DNA of 64,000 bases from Chloracidobacterium sp. GTDB lineage: Bacteria; Acidobacteriota; Blastocatellia; Pyrinomonadales; Pyrinomonadaceae. Positions 56,627 to 64,000 of the stretch are shown here, piece after piece. The position numbers and the translations under genes are program-made. The DNA is taken from assembly GCA_031402865.1 (NCBI GenBank), contig JANNST010000052.1, positions 4,089 to 68,088 on the forward strand, given 5' to 3'. A model generated the notes under the pieces. It made no database searches. It was not told the origin of the DNA and was given only the letters and a program-made list of their open reading frames with translations. Every line of letters starts with the position of its first letter. The stretch's first letter is position 1.

Positions 56627-57033
56627 AGGAGGCAGTAGGCGGCTCCGTAGGCTTCGTGCTGGAATTTGGCGATCGGCAGTTCCGTGAATTCGATATTGGC
56701 GGCTGACACGGCCTTGCGGATGGTCGCGGGCGGGATTAGGATGACGTCTTGACGGCAGGTTTGAATAAGCCCTTCGAGTTTGAAGGTGATCGTGCCGCCT
56801 TTCATTCGGCCCTTCGAAAGACGCTCGCGTATGCCGACTTGCTCAATGCCGTTGTCGTCGAAGAACGCCTGGATGGCTGCCTGATATTCCCGAACTTCGC
56901 TCTGGCTTTTGGGATCGGCAAGAACTAGCCGCAGGACGCCGGTCGGGATCACCTCAAACCTCCCGGCGTGCCCATCCAGTACAACGAAACGGGCTTCGTT
57001 CTTATCGAGGTCGATTCCGCAAATTCTTGACAT
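56605..57033 (-). CDS. DUF3010-like protein (tentative)
   Basis: 142 aa. The N-terminus MSRICGIDLDKNEARFVVLDG resembles DUF3010 as I remember it. No catalytic motifs identified. Confidence 0.45.
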   Translation of the reverse strand: MSRICGIDLDKNEARFVVLDGHAGRFEVIPTGVLRLVLADPKSQSEVREYQAAIQAFFDDNGIEQVGIRERLSKGRMKGGTITFKLEGLIQTCRQDVILIPPATIRKAVSAANIEFTELPIAKFQHEAYGAAYCLLSQNREQ

Positions 57034-57090
57034 AGGTCGAGCGGCGGCAAGTAGTCGGTAAATTCAATACAGAAGTATATTACAGACCTA

Positions 57091-57177
57091 CCTCCCCATC
57101 CGCGAAACGCGGCCTCGCCTCCTTACCACGAGGGAGTTTTTTTTCAAACCCCGTCCCTACCGCTAGCGGTTCTGACT
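57091..57177. repeat. two adjacent repeat units: the CCGCGAAACGCGG-core element and a CCCTACCGCTAGCGGTTCTGAC unit
   Basis: 57091-57136 (cctccccatccgcgaaacgcggcctcgcctccttaccacgagggag) matches the reverse complement of 29465-29513. 57151-57177 resembles the GGTTCTGACT element. Confidence 0.7.
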
Positions 57178-57210
57178 TGTGATAATCTGAGTGCATTTAG
57201 CGAGAGTTAC

Positions 57211-58296
57211 ATGGCGGAGTTGGAATTTTACAAGCGGCAGATGGTTTTGGGGCGTGTTTTGGGGATACCGGTGCGTGCGGATGTGCGTTGGTTTTTGGTG
57301 CTGTTTTTGATGACCGGGATCACGGCGGCGAGTATCGAGCCGCTGGTCAAGAATCTGGCCGGGAGCGTCGTTCTCGGGTTTTTGACGACGATCGGTTTCT
57401 TTGTTTCGATATTTTTGCATGAGCTTGCTCACGCGGTTTTGGCGCGGATGGAAGGGCTGACGGTGGTCGAGATAGTATTGCACCCGTTTGGCGGGCTGAC
57501 GCGGTTTTCGACCGAGCCCAAGACGCCGCGGGCGGAGTTTCGTGTCGCCATTGCAGGGCCGGCGGCGAGTTTTGTGCTGGCGGTTTTGTTCGCTCTTTTG
57601 ATGACCGCGGCCAGTTCGGCGGGAATGGACATTTTGTGGATGCTCCTGTTCCTGCTCGCTCTCGCCAATTTTCTGCTCGCGGTCTTTAACCTGTTTCCCG
57701 GCTACCCGCTGGACGGCGGCCGCGTTCTGCGGGCCTACTTGTGGCGAAACGGCAAGGACCTGAACGAAGCGACGATATTGACGGGTCGCAGCGGACAAGC
57801 GATCGCTATCGGGCTGGTAGTATTGGGAGCTTTTTTCGTTCTCGCACGCGGGCAGTTTTTCACAGGATTTTGGGCGATACTGACCGGCGTTTTTTTGTTC
57901 GATTCGGCACGGAGCATAATTAGCGAGGTACGTGCCTCGGAAAAGCGGCAGGTTGGGGACGTGATGCAGCTTCCCGTTTCGATCGCCCCCGACGCATTTA
58001 TCCAGCACGTCGTCGACAACATCCTGCCGATGCACCGGCAAACCGCCTTTCCCGTCGCGAATCAGCGGCAGCTTTACGGCATACTATTGCTTGAGGATTT
58101 GAAGGAAGTGCCGAAGGACGACTGGCGAAAGGTAATGGTACGGGATGTGATGCGGCCGATCACGGCGGAACATTTTGTCGAACCTGACGCGTCGCTTATC
58201 GACGCGCGTGAGTTGATGCGCACAAACGGCGTCGGTGCTCTTGGCGTGATCGACGAGGCGGGGAATCTGGTCGGGTTTCTGGCTGGGAAAGGCTGA
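57211..58296 (+). CDS. site-2 protease family (M50) metalloprotease with tandem CBS domains
   Basis: HELAHA zinc motif in TM helices, NLFPGYPLDGG, and a C-terminal CBS pair (VMQLPVSI..., GVGALGVIDEAGNLVGFL). Confidence 0.85.
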   Translation: MAELEFYKRQMVLGRVLGIPVRADVRWFLVLFLMTGITAASIEPLVKNLAGSVVLGFLTTIGFFVSIFLHELAHAVLARMEGLTVVEIVLHPFGGLTRFSTEPKTPRAEFRVAIAGPAASFVLAVLFALLMTAASSAGMDILWMLLFLLALANFLLAVFNLFPGYPLDGGRVLRAYLWRNGKDLNEATILTGRSGQAIAIGLVVLGAFFVLARGQFFTGFWAILTGVFLFDSARSIISEVRASEKRQVGDVMQLPVSIAPDAFIQHVVDNILPMHRQTAFPVANQRQLYGILLLEDLKEVPKDDWRKVMVRDVMRPITAEHFVEPDASLIDARELMRTNGVGALGVIDEAGNLVGFLAGKG

Positions 58297-58303
58297 GAAT
58301 TAC

Positions 58304-58327
58304 CTGCAAAGACGCGAAGACGCAAAG
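58304..58327. repeat. GCAAAGAC/GCGAAGAC octamer units
   Basis: ctgcaaagacgcgaagacgcaaag lies just after the M50 stop. Related to 20971-20996. Confidence 0.65.
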
Positions 58328-58503
58328 GTATTACTATGCACATGGCGCCGTAGCAAATTTTGCAAATGCGCACGTCAATTTGAGGGAAGAACTTACGAGC
58401 AGCGCGATCGTACAAACGATTGCGGAAATAGAGGAAAAGATCAACCAGGCCGAGCCAAAGGTCGATATGATATTCTTAGAAGCGGCAAGCGTTACGGCGA
58501 AGA

Positions 58504-58568
58504 AGTCGAGAGTGGAGAGTCAAGAGTCTTGAGTCGGACGTTCTGCCCAAGACTCACGACTCTCGACT
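58504..58568. repeat. GAGTCGAGAG-family palindrome upstream of cdaA
   Basis: agtcgagagtggagagtcaagagtcttgagtc pairs with gactcacgactctcgact. Confidence 0.75.
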
Positions 58569-58576
58569 CAACAAAA

Positions 58577-59416
58577 ATGCAGTTAACCGACTACATACCA
58601 GCGATAAATAGCGTGCGAAACGTCGTGGACATTGCGTTCGTGTTTATCATTGTGTACGTCGTCCTGCGCCTGCTTCGCGGGACGCGGGCGGTGCCGACGA
58701 TCATCGGGCTGGTGCTGTTGTTTTTGCTTTACTGGCTGGCGATTTCGCAGGAGCTTTCGACGCTTGAATTCGTGCTGCGGTACGCGGTCGTCTATGTCGG
58801 TTTCGCGATCATCGTGCTGTTTCAATCCGAGATACGCCAGGCGTTGATTTACTTTGCGAATCGGCTGCGGTTTCCGATATTGCGTCGGCAGCGGGGGCAA
58901 TTCGGCGGCAGCGTTTATGACGAGATCGTATTGGCGGTGACGACCTTGTCGTCTGAAAAAATCGGAGCGTTGATCGTCATTGAAAGAAACGTCGGCCTGA
59001 GGAATTTTATCGATGCCGGTGTGCAGCTTGACGCGGCCATCGGGTACGATCTGCTTGTGACGATTTTTAATCCATCCACACCGCTTCATGACGGGGCTGT
59101 AATTATTCAAAATGAGAGGCTTGCAGCCGCGTCTGTATTCCTGCCGCTGACCAAAAACCCGAGCATTTCGCGCGAAATGGGAACTCGGCATCGTGCGGCC
59201 ATCGGCATTACTGAGGGAACGGACGCGATATCGCTTGTCGTTTCCGAAGAAACGGGTCTGATCACATATGTCGAGGCCGGCGAGGTAAAACGAAATATCG
59301 ATACGACCGTGCTCCGCAAATTGCTGCTGGAAGCGATGGAGATACCCGTGATCCAGAAAAAGCGCGAGCCGACCAAAACGATGAAAGAATCTGAGAGCGA
59401 AATCACCGTGGGTTAG
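58577..59416 (+). CDS. cdaA: diadenylate cyclase (membrane-anchored DAC domain)
   Basis: Start trimmed to MQLTDYIP. Three N-terminal TM helices, and DAC motifs PLHDGAVII and GTRHRAA. Confidence 0.9.
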   Translation: MQLTDYIPAINSVRNVVDIAFVFIIVYVVLRLLRGTRAVPTIIGLVLLFLLYWLAISQELSTLEFVLRYAVVYVGFAIIVLFQSEIRQALIYFANRLRFPILRRQRGQFGGSVYDEIVLAVTTLSSEKIGALIVIERNVGLRNFIDAGVQLDAAIGYDLLVTIFNPSTPLHDGAVIIQNERLAAASVFLPLTKNPSISREMGTRHRAAIGITEGTDAISLVVSEETGLITYVEAGEVKRNIDTTVLRKLLLEAMEIPVIQKKREPTKTMKESESEITVG

Positions 59417-59423
59417 TTCTTTT

Positions 59424-60356
59424 ATGCCGCCTGCTGCTGACAACTATGTCGAAAGACAGCAATACAAGCTGTATTTCAAAAACATCCTACGCAAGGTCTT
59501 TCTCGAAGACTGGCTGATGAAGGTTGTTGCGCTAGTTATTACTTTAGCTCTATGGATTGGCGTTACGGGGCTTAGCGAGCCGGGCACGCGGCAAATAAAT
59601 GGCGTCGCGCTTACGCTGGATTATTCGACCAATACGATCCTGACAAACGAGCCTATTGAAAAGCTAGACATCGTGGTCAGCGGCGACAAAAGAAAACTGA
59701 AAGACATTGTGGAAAGCACGCTGGTCATTACGGTCGATATGACGGACGTTGCTCCCGGCTCGCGCGTCGTCACGCTGACCCGCGACAACGTTTCCATTGA
59801 CCTGCCGGCCGGCGTTAAATGGGACGAGATTCGACCAAACAAGGTAGCCGTTAGGCTGGAGGCGGTAGAGGAAAAAGATATAGCAGTTCAGGTAGAAACA
59901 GCGGGCCAGGTTCCCGACGGAATGGAGATTTACAGCCAGACGATCACGCCGCCGAAGATTCCCGTCCGCGGTCCGGCCAGCTTTATAAAAGCTCTTACTT
60001 CAGTGACGACCGATAAGATCGACCTTACGAATAAGGGTGCCGACTTCACGACAAAACAAGTGTCAGTTAATGTTTCGAATCCAAAGGCGACGCTTCTCGA
60101 AACGGTCGTGGACGTGTCGTTTCGAATTGGGGAAAAGCGCACCGAAAAAACTTTCGTCGTGCAGTCCAAAGGCGATCCGAAACGAAAGGTGACGGTCGTA
60201 CTTTTCGGCGGAAGATCACTTTTCGAGGGTGTGAAGGCAGACGATCTGCAAGTGGAGTTCGTCAAAAACTCCGCCGGCGAAGACTCGCCGCAGGTCACAC
60301 TGCCCGCCTCATTGCAGGATAAGGTCGAGGTCAGAAAGCCGAAGCCGGCCAACTAA
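59424..60356 (+). CDS. cdaR: YbbR-domain protein (CdaR-like regulator of CdaA)
   Basis: N-terminal TM helix followed by repeated YbbR-like beta modules. Conserved cdaA-cdaR gene order. Confidence 0.72.
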   Translation: MPPAADNYVERQQYKLYFKNILRKVFLEDWLMKVVALVITLALWIGVTGLSEPGTRQINGVALTLDYSTNTILTNEPIEKLDIVVSGDKRKLKDIVESTLVITVDMTDVAPGSRVVTLTRDNVSIDLPAGVKWDEIRPNKVAVRLEAVEEKDIAVQVETAGQVPDGMEIYSQTITPPKIPVRGPASFIKALTSVTTDKIDLTNKGADFTTKQVSVNVSNPKATLLETVVDVSFRIGEKRTEKTFVVQSKGDPKRKVTVVLFGGRSLFEGVKADDLQVEFVKNSAGEDSPQVTLPASLQDKVEVRKPKPAN

Positions 60357-61357
60357 TAGATATTAAAGCCGTATTCCAGGGTCATGACGGTCGAAACACG
60401 TTTACCGTCCTTCATTTTTGGCTGAAAAACGATTTGCTTTGCCGCGTTATAAGCAAGCTCGTCCAGACCGTATCCCAAACCCGACAGCACTAATACATGT
60501 TCGACCTTGCCGCTTGCGCCGAACAGAGCCGCGACGCGTATTTTGCCCTGCACACCAGCTTGGCGAGCGCTCTCGGTGTAGGTCGCGGGTTTTTTTGAGA
60601 GGATTTTAACCGGAGTCACGCCCGGTTCCGGGAGCTGAGGCGTTGCGGGAGCTCCAGTGCGGTCCTTGCTAAAATACGCGTTGAACGCAGCGATGCCCTC
60701 AAGTTTCTGTTCGAGCGTCCGACGCATCTCACGAGTCTCAGAGTTCCTGATCCCTTCCTCTAAAATCGAAACCGATTGTCGCAGGAGATCGATTTCTTTT
60801 TTCATTGTCGAACCGGCCGCCACCTTCTTTCCGAAAACGGCGAGCAGCACGTCCGACTTTAGCGAATAACCCTGCGAATTTTGGGGATCGAGCGTCAACA
60901 TTCTATCCGCGGTTTCCAGAGCGCTCTCAGTCTTGCCTTCCCAAAGATCGGCGGTACCAAAAACGAAATGAGCGCCCACGTTTGCAGGGTCGATCTCAAG
61001 CGCCTTTTTTGCCTGGGTTTGGGACTTGTCCAACTGGCGGGCCAAAAGATATGTGAACGCGAGATTTGCCCGATACGCTGCTTTGCCCGCATCCAGTTTC
61101 ACGGCCTTCTCGAACATTTTACGAGCCTTTTTGGAGTCGAGAACGTTCTGATATGCCAGTCCGAGGAAGTTAATGGCCTCAGCGTCCGACGCATACTGTT
61201 TTTGCTTAATTATAGCTTCGAGCGCCAGTATGGCTTCGATATCGTTTCCGTCAATATAATGTTTTATGGCTCGGTCACGGTCGCTTTCCTGTGCGGCCGA
61301 AGACAATGCTGAGAGTAAGATAAACGTAGTGGTGAAAATTATGCGGAGATACTTCAT
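60353..61357 (-). CDS. TPR protein with C-terminal TonB-type domain
   Basis: Signal peptide and TPR units. The C-terminus PATYTESARQAGVQGKIRVAALFGASGKVEHV.VLSGLGYGLDE.A..A fits TonB_C. Confidence 0.72.
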   Translation of the reverse strand: MKYLRIIFTTTFILLSALSSAAQESDRDRAIKHYIDGNDIEAILALEAIIKQKQYASDAEAINFLGLAYQNVLDSKKARKMFEKAVKLDAGKAAYRANLAFTYLLARQLDKSQTQAKKALEIDPANVGAHFVFGTADLWEGKTESALETADRMLTLDPQNSQGYSLKSDVLLAVFGKKVAAGSTMKKEIDLLRQSVSILEEGIRNSETREMRRTLEQKLEGIAAFNAYFSKDRTGAPATPQLPEPGVTPVKILSKKPATYTESARQAGVQGKIRVAALFGASGKVEHVLVLSGLGYGLDELAYNAAKQIVFQPKMKDGKRVSTVMTLEYGFNIY

Positions 61358-61395
61358 ATAATAACGTTAAGGCAATCTAAATAATAGACGACGAC

Positions 61396-62076
61396 CTATA
61401 GCGCCGCCAAGAAGTTTTTAGTGTCGGCACGCATTTCGTCTGTTATTTCATGTTTCGCCGTGTATTGCTTTGAACGGAAATTGGGCAGGCGGTCACGCAG
61501 TTTTTGCTCGAAGGCGGTAAACTTTTCCTGGGTGTAAAACTCGTCGTCATCACCGTATAAATAGAACGTGTTGGCATCAAACGGTTTGTAGATCGGGTTT
61601 GTTTCCAGATCGCCCGGGATGCCGCCGCAGATGCCGACGATGCCGCGCATTGTGTCGGGGTTTGTGAATGCGAAGCGGAAATTTAGTGCGCAGGCCTGAG
61701 AGAAACCGTAGAGATAGACCTGCTCGCGGTCGACTATACCGTCGGTTGATAGTTTTTCTATAACATCAAGCAAAAATTTGTGGTGCAGGGCTACGGACTC
61801 TTCAGGTTTGTGGTCGGTTAGCCATCCAAAACCGATGCGGTATCCAGCGTCGAGCTTGCTGAAATGCTGGTGCGGCGCTTGTACGGATGCGATCACCCAA
61901 CCTTCGGGTGCAACGGCCCGAGCTTCACGCATCATGTAGCGTTTGTGTGCTCCGTAACCGTGGACCGCGATCAGAAGCGGCGCATTTGTCCGAGCATTTT
62001 CGGGTGTATAGAGATCGTAATATAGTTTGATCTCTGCGGTTAAGCTAAGATCGGTTTGTAAGGTTTTGTCGGGCAT
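61396..62076 (-). CDS. alpha/beta hydrolase (carboxylesterase/phospholipase-like)
   Basis: Start trimmed to MPDKTLQT because the upstream 44 track codons lie in the repeat. Nucleophile elbow GFSQA, and HG near the N-terminus. Confidence 0.7.
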   Translation of the reverse strand: MPDKTLQTDLSLTAEIKLYYDLYTPENARTNAPLLIAVHGYGAHKRYMMREARAVAPEGWVIASVQAPHQHFSKLDAGYRIGFGWLTDHKPEESVALHHKFLLDVIEKLSTDGIVDREQVYLYGFSQACALNFRFAFTNPDTMRGIVGICGGIPGDLETNPIYKPFDANTFYLYGDDDEFYTQEKFTAFEQKLRDRLPNFRSKQYTAKHEITDEMRADTKNFLAAL

Positions 62077-62083
62077 ACAGGGA

Positions 62084-62180
62084 TTCTTTGTGTTCGTTGC
62101 GAAAAACTTAGTGAACTTTGTGTTGAAAAAAATCATATACACAAAGAACACAGTGGAAGACACGGAACAGCACAAAGTTT
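62084..62180. repeat. cluster of CTTTGTG / CACAAAG units
   Basis: ttctttgtgttcg...gaactttgtgttg is followed by cacaaagaacacag...cagcacaaagttt. Arranged A-B / rcA-rcB rather than as a simple hairpin. Confidence 0.65.
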
Positions 62181-62195
62181 CGTGGCGTAACTGGT

Positions 62196-63791
62196 ATGAT
62201 AATCGCATTTATGGAGAAATTTTTCGACCGGTTGGACGCACTTGCGGGAATTGAATCGGTGAACCCGATAGTTAAATGGCTTGAGCGCATTGCGTTTGTA
62301 TTTCTCACGTTGATGCTCGTTTCGGCGCCGCATTCCATCGCGGCTACGCAGACGGCCTGGATTACGGGAATGTTTGTCTGGATCGTCAGGCTGTTTTTCA
62401 AGCCGCGAGTGAGTTTTAAGTTCGGGGCTCTGGACGCTGCACTTTGGGGATTATTCGGGTGGTCGGTGATATCCTCACTCGTTTCTTACGACCCTGCGAC
62501 CTCGATCGATAAGCTTCGCGGCGTTGCTCTTTTTCTGATCGTCTATTTCGTAATCTACAACCTGAGAAATCTTCGGGCGGTGTATTTCGCGGCGTTCATT
62601 CTGATATTTTCGTGCATGGTAAATGTCGTTTGGACGCCGGTACAGCGTTTGATCGGCCGCGGTGTCGAGATTCACGGTCTGAGGACCGACAGCCCGCTCG
62701 CAAAAGCCCTGCTACGGGAAGCCGACGCTCTGCTGGCAGCCGACGGAATAAAGCTGCACACACCCGAAGATGTCGCGGCTCATATTGAAGAACACGAAGT
62801 CACAAAGATCAAATTCTACCGGCCTGATTACGAGTTTTCAGTCGATGTAAAAAAGGCAGATATTTTGCCCGGAGCATCCGCGATGGAAAAACTCGGAATC
62901 GAAAGCTGGAAAAAGAGCCGCAACTGGCGGTCAAGCGGTTTTTACGGCCATTACGTAACCTATGCCGAGGTGTTGCAGCTTATCGCGTCGCTTGCTTTTG
63001 GGTTGCTGATCGCGGGCTTATTGCGGAGTCGAGGAGTGGAGGAGGAAAGGAGTGGAGGCGTCCAGAACCTTTCGAATCGTTCCTCTTTATCCCTCCACTC
63101 CTTCACTCCTTTACTCGTCATAGTTGTCCTCGCTATGGCCTTTGCCCTTCTGCTAACTGTCACACGGGCGCCGCAACTTGCCTTTGTGATCTCGGCCGCT
63201 GTGATCGTGATTATTGGGCTCGGGAGAAAATGGGTCTTTCGAGCAGCGGTTATCGGACTGCCGGTCGTGATCATCGGCCTGCTGTTTTTGCAGCAAAGCC
63301 GTCAGGTCGGCTTTTTTGATACCAACGACGATTCAATACGCTGGCGCCAGACCGTCTGGCGCGAGGGGTTTGAGCTTTGGACGAAAGAGCCGCGCCATTT
63401 CGTGTTCGGAGTCGGCATGGATTCGATCAAGAAATACGCGAAGGAATGGCATCTGTTCGACGACGGGCGATTGAACATGGGCCATTTTCATTCGACGCCG
63501 CTGCAGCTTTTAGTTGAAAGAGGTTTGCCGGCTTTGCTCATCTGGCTGATAGTTTTGGGAATTTACGCACGAACGTTGTGGAAAGGGCTGAAGGTTAGCG
63601 GCGATTGGCGTTCACGCGGCATTCTACTCGGCTGTCTCGGCGGCACGATCGGTTTTTTTGCGAGCAGCTTGGTTCACTACAACCTGGGCGACCAGGAGGT
63701 TGCGATGGTATTTTTTATACTCATGGGCTTTGGCCTCAAAGTCAGCGAAATGGGCAAGAACGAAGATGGTGAGAAGTTATCAGCTATCTGA
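62196..63791 (+). CDS. O-antigen ligase (Wzy_C) family membrane protein with a soluble insert and an in-frame repeat insertion
   Basis: Multiple TM helices. The Wzy_C-like region is WRQTVWREGFELW...GVGMDS...HFHSTPLQLLVERGLPALL. An alternative ATG lies at 62211. Confidence 0.72.
   Translation: MIIAFMEKFFDRLDALAGIESVNPIVKWLERIAFVFLTLMLVSAPHSIAATQTAWITGMFVWIVRLFFKPRVSFKFGALDAALWGLFGWSVISSLVSYDPATSIDKLRGVALFLIVYFVIYNLRNLRAVYFAAFILIFSCMVNVVWTPVQRLIGRGVEIHGLRTDSPLAKALLREADALLAADGIKLHTPEDVAAHIEEHEVTKIKFYRPDYEFSVDVKKADILPGASAMEKLGIESWKKSRNWRSSGFYGHYVTYAEVLQLIASLAFGLLIAGLLRSRGVEEERSGGVQNLSNRSSLSLHSFTPLLVIVVLAMAFALLLTVTRAPQLAFVISAAVIVIIGLGRKWVFRAAVIGLPVVIIGLLFLQQSRQVGFFDTNDDSIRWRQTVWREGFELWTKEPRHFVFGVGMDSIKKYAKEWHLFDDGRLNMGHFHSTPLQLLVERGLPALLIWLIVLGIYARTLWKGLKVSGDWRSRGILLGCLGGTIGFFASSLVHYNLGDQEVAMVFFILMGFGLKVSEMGKNEDGEKLSAI
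63031..63110. repeat. GGAGTGGAGG-type palindrome in frame within the O-antigen-ligase-like gene
   Basis: gaggagtggaggaggaaaggagtggagg (63031-63058) pairs with cctctttatccctccactccttcactcct (63082-63110). Translated as RGVEEERSGGVQNLSNRSSLSLHSFTP. Confidence 0.75.
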
Positions 63792-64000
63792 ACCTTCAAC
63801 TTCGACCGGCTTTTCTGGGAAATTTACCCTCCGATAGATCTCGTCGAGGTTTGTGGTCAATCCTACCGATTGAAATTCGATATCCACATCCAAGTCGTTA
63901 TCGTTATAAAAATAAGTAATCCAGTTGCCGTTCGGCTGGCGGCGGTGGAGCTCAATATGCAGTTTGTCCTGTTCGATAACGGCATATTCTAAAACGTCTG
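63780..64000 (-). CDS. partial CDS (C-terminal 72 aa), Uma2/DUF820-like endonuclease
   Basis: My own translation of the minus strand gives DVLEYAVIEQDKLHIELHRRQPNGNWITYFYNDNDLDVDIEFQSVGLTTNLDEIYRRVNFPEKPVEVEGSDS, then a stop at 63780-63782. The EY.V(I/V).......EL(Y/H)R pattern resembles Uma2-family C-termini. It runs off the window. Confidence 0.4.
   Translation of the reverse strand, partial: DVLEYAVIEQDKLHIELHRRQPNGNWITYFYNDNDLDVDIEFQSVGLTTNLDEIYRRVNFPEKPVEVEGSDS

Noticed and set aside
57163-58041. 292-aa minus-strand ORF, extremely rich in R/Q/P/K
   Set aside because: It is entirely antisense to the M50 site-2 protease gene, which has clear HELAHA, TM and CBS features. It has low-complexity composition and no motifs. 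This is a typical shadow ORF in GC-rich DNA.
58583-59443. 286-aa minus-strand ORF
   Set aside because: It is antisense to cdaA, which carries diagnostic DAC motifs (DGA, RHR). The composition is basic and low-complexity.

Overview
This is a 64-kb chromosomal segment from a moderately GC-rich Gram-negative bacterium. Gene content, a GxxExxY gene and the repeat families suggest an Acidobacteriota-like genome, but that is inference only. All calls come from reading the six-frame translations and the DNA by eye; no searches were run.

I call about 58 protein genes. Most are housekeeping genes in familiar micro-syntenies: queA-rimI-thiE, pilT, lptE/holA, tilS-ftsH-folP, divergent argH/argG, ileS...lspA-lgt-rluD, clpS and cdaA-cdaR. 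There is one tRNA-Leu(CAA).

Other content:
- two sigma-54 enhancer-binding regulators, one of them paired with a PAS/GAF histidine kinase
- an FHA-GAF-nucleotidyl cyclase next to a divergent MreB paralogue
- glycan-degrading enzymes (GH92, GH20, GH63-like)
- two classical type II TA pairs (RelBE-like, ParDE)
- an Xre-ImmA/IrrE + DUF4411 module

I saw no rRNA, CRISPR array or prophage.

The most unusual feature is a very high load of short palindromic repeats from several families, present at almost every gene junction.
- One family brackets a RAYT-like Y1 transposase gene in inverted orientation.
- Several copies lie in frame inside conserved genes (rluD, tilS, GH92, an O-antigen-ligase-like gene) or supply C-terminal tails or a signal-peptide segment.
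- A hairpin element with a 28-nt near-invariant arm sits directly upstream of the start codons of ileS, lgt and the hexosaminidase gene.

Many long ORFs in the track begin inside such repeats, so I trimmed their starts accordingly.
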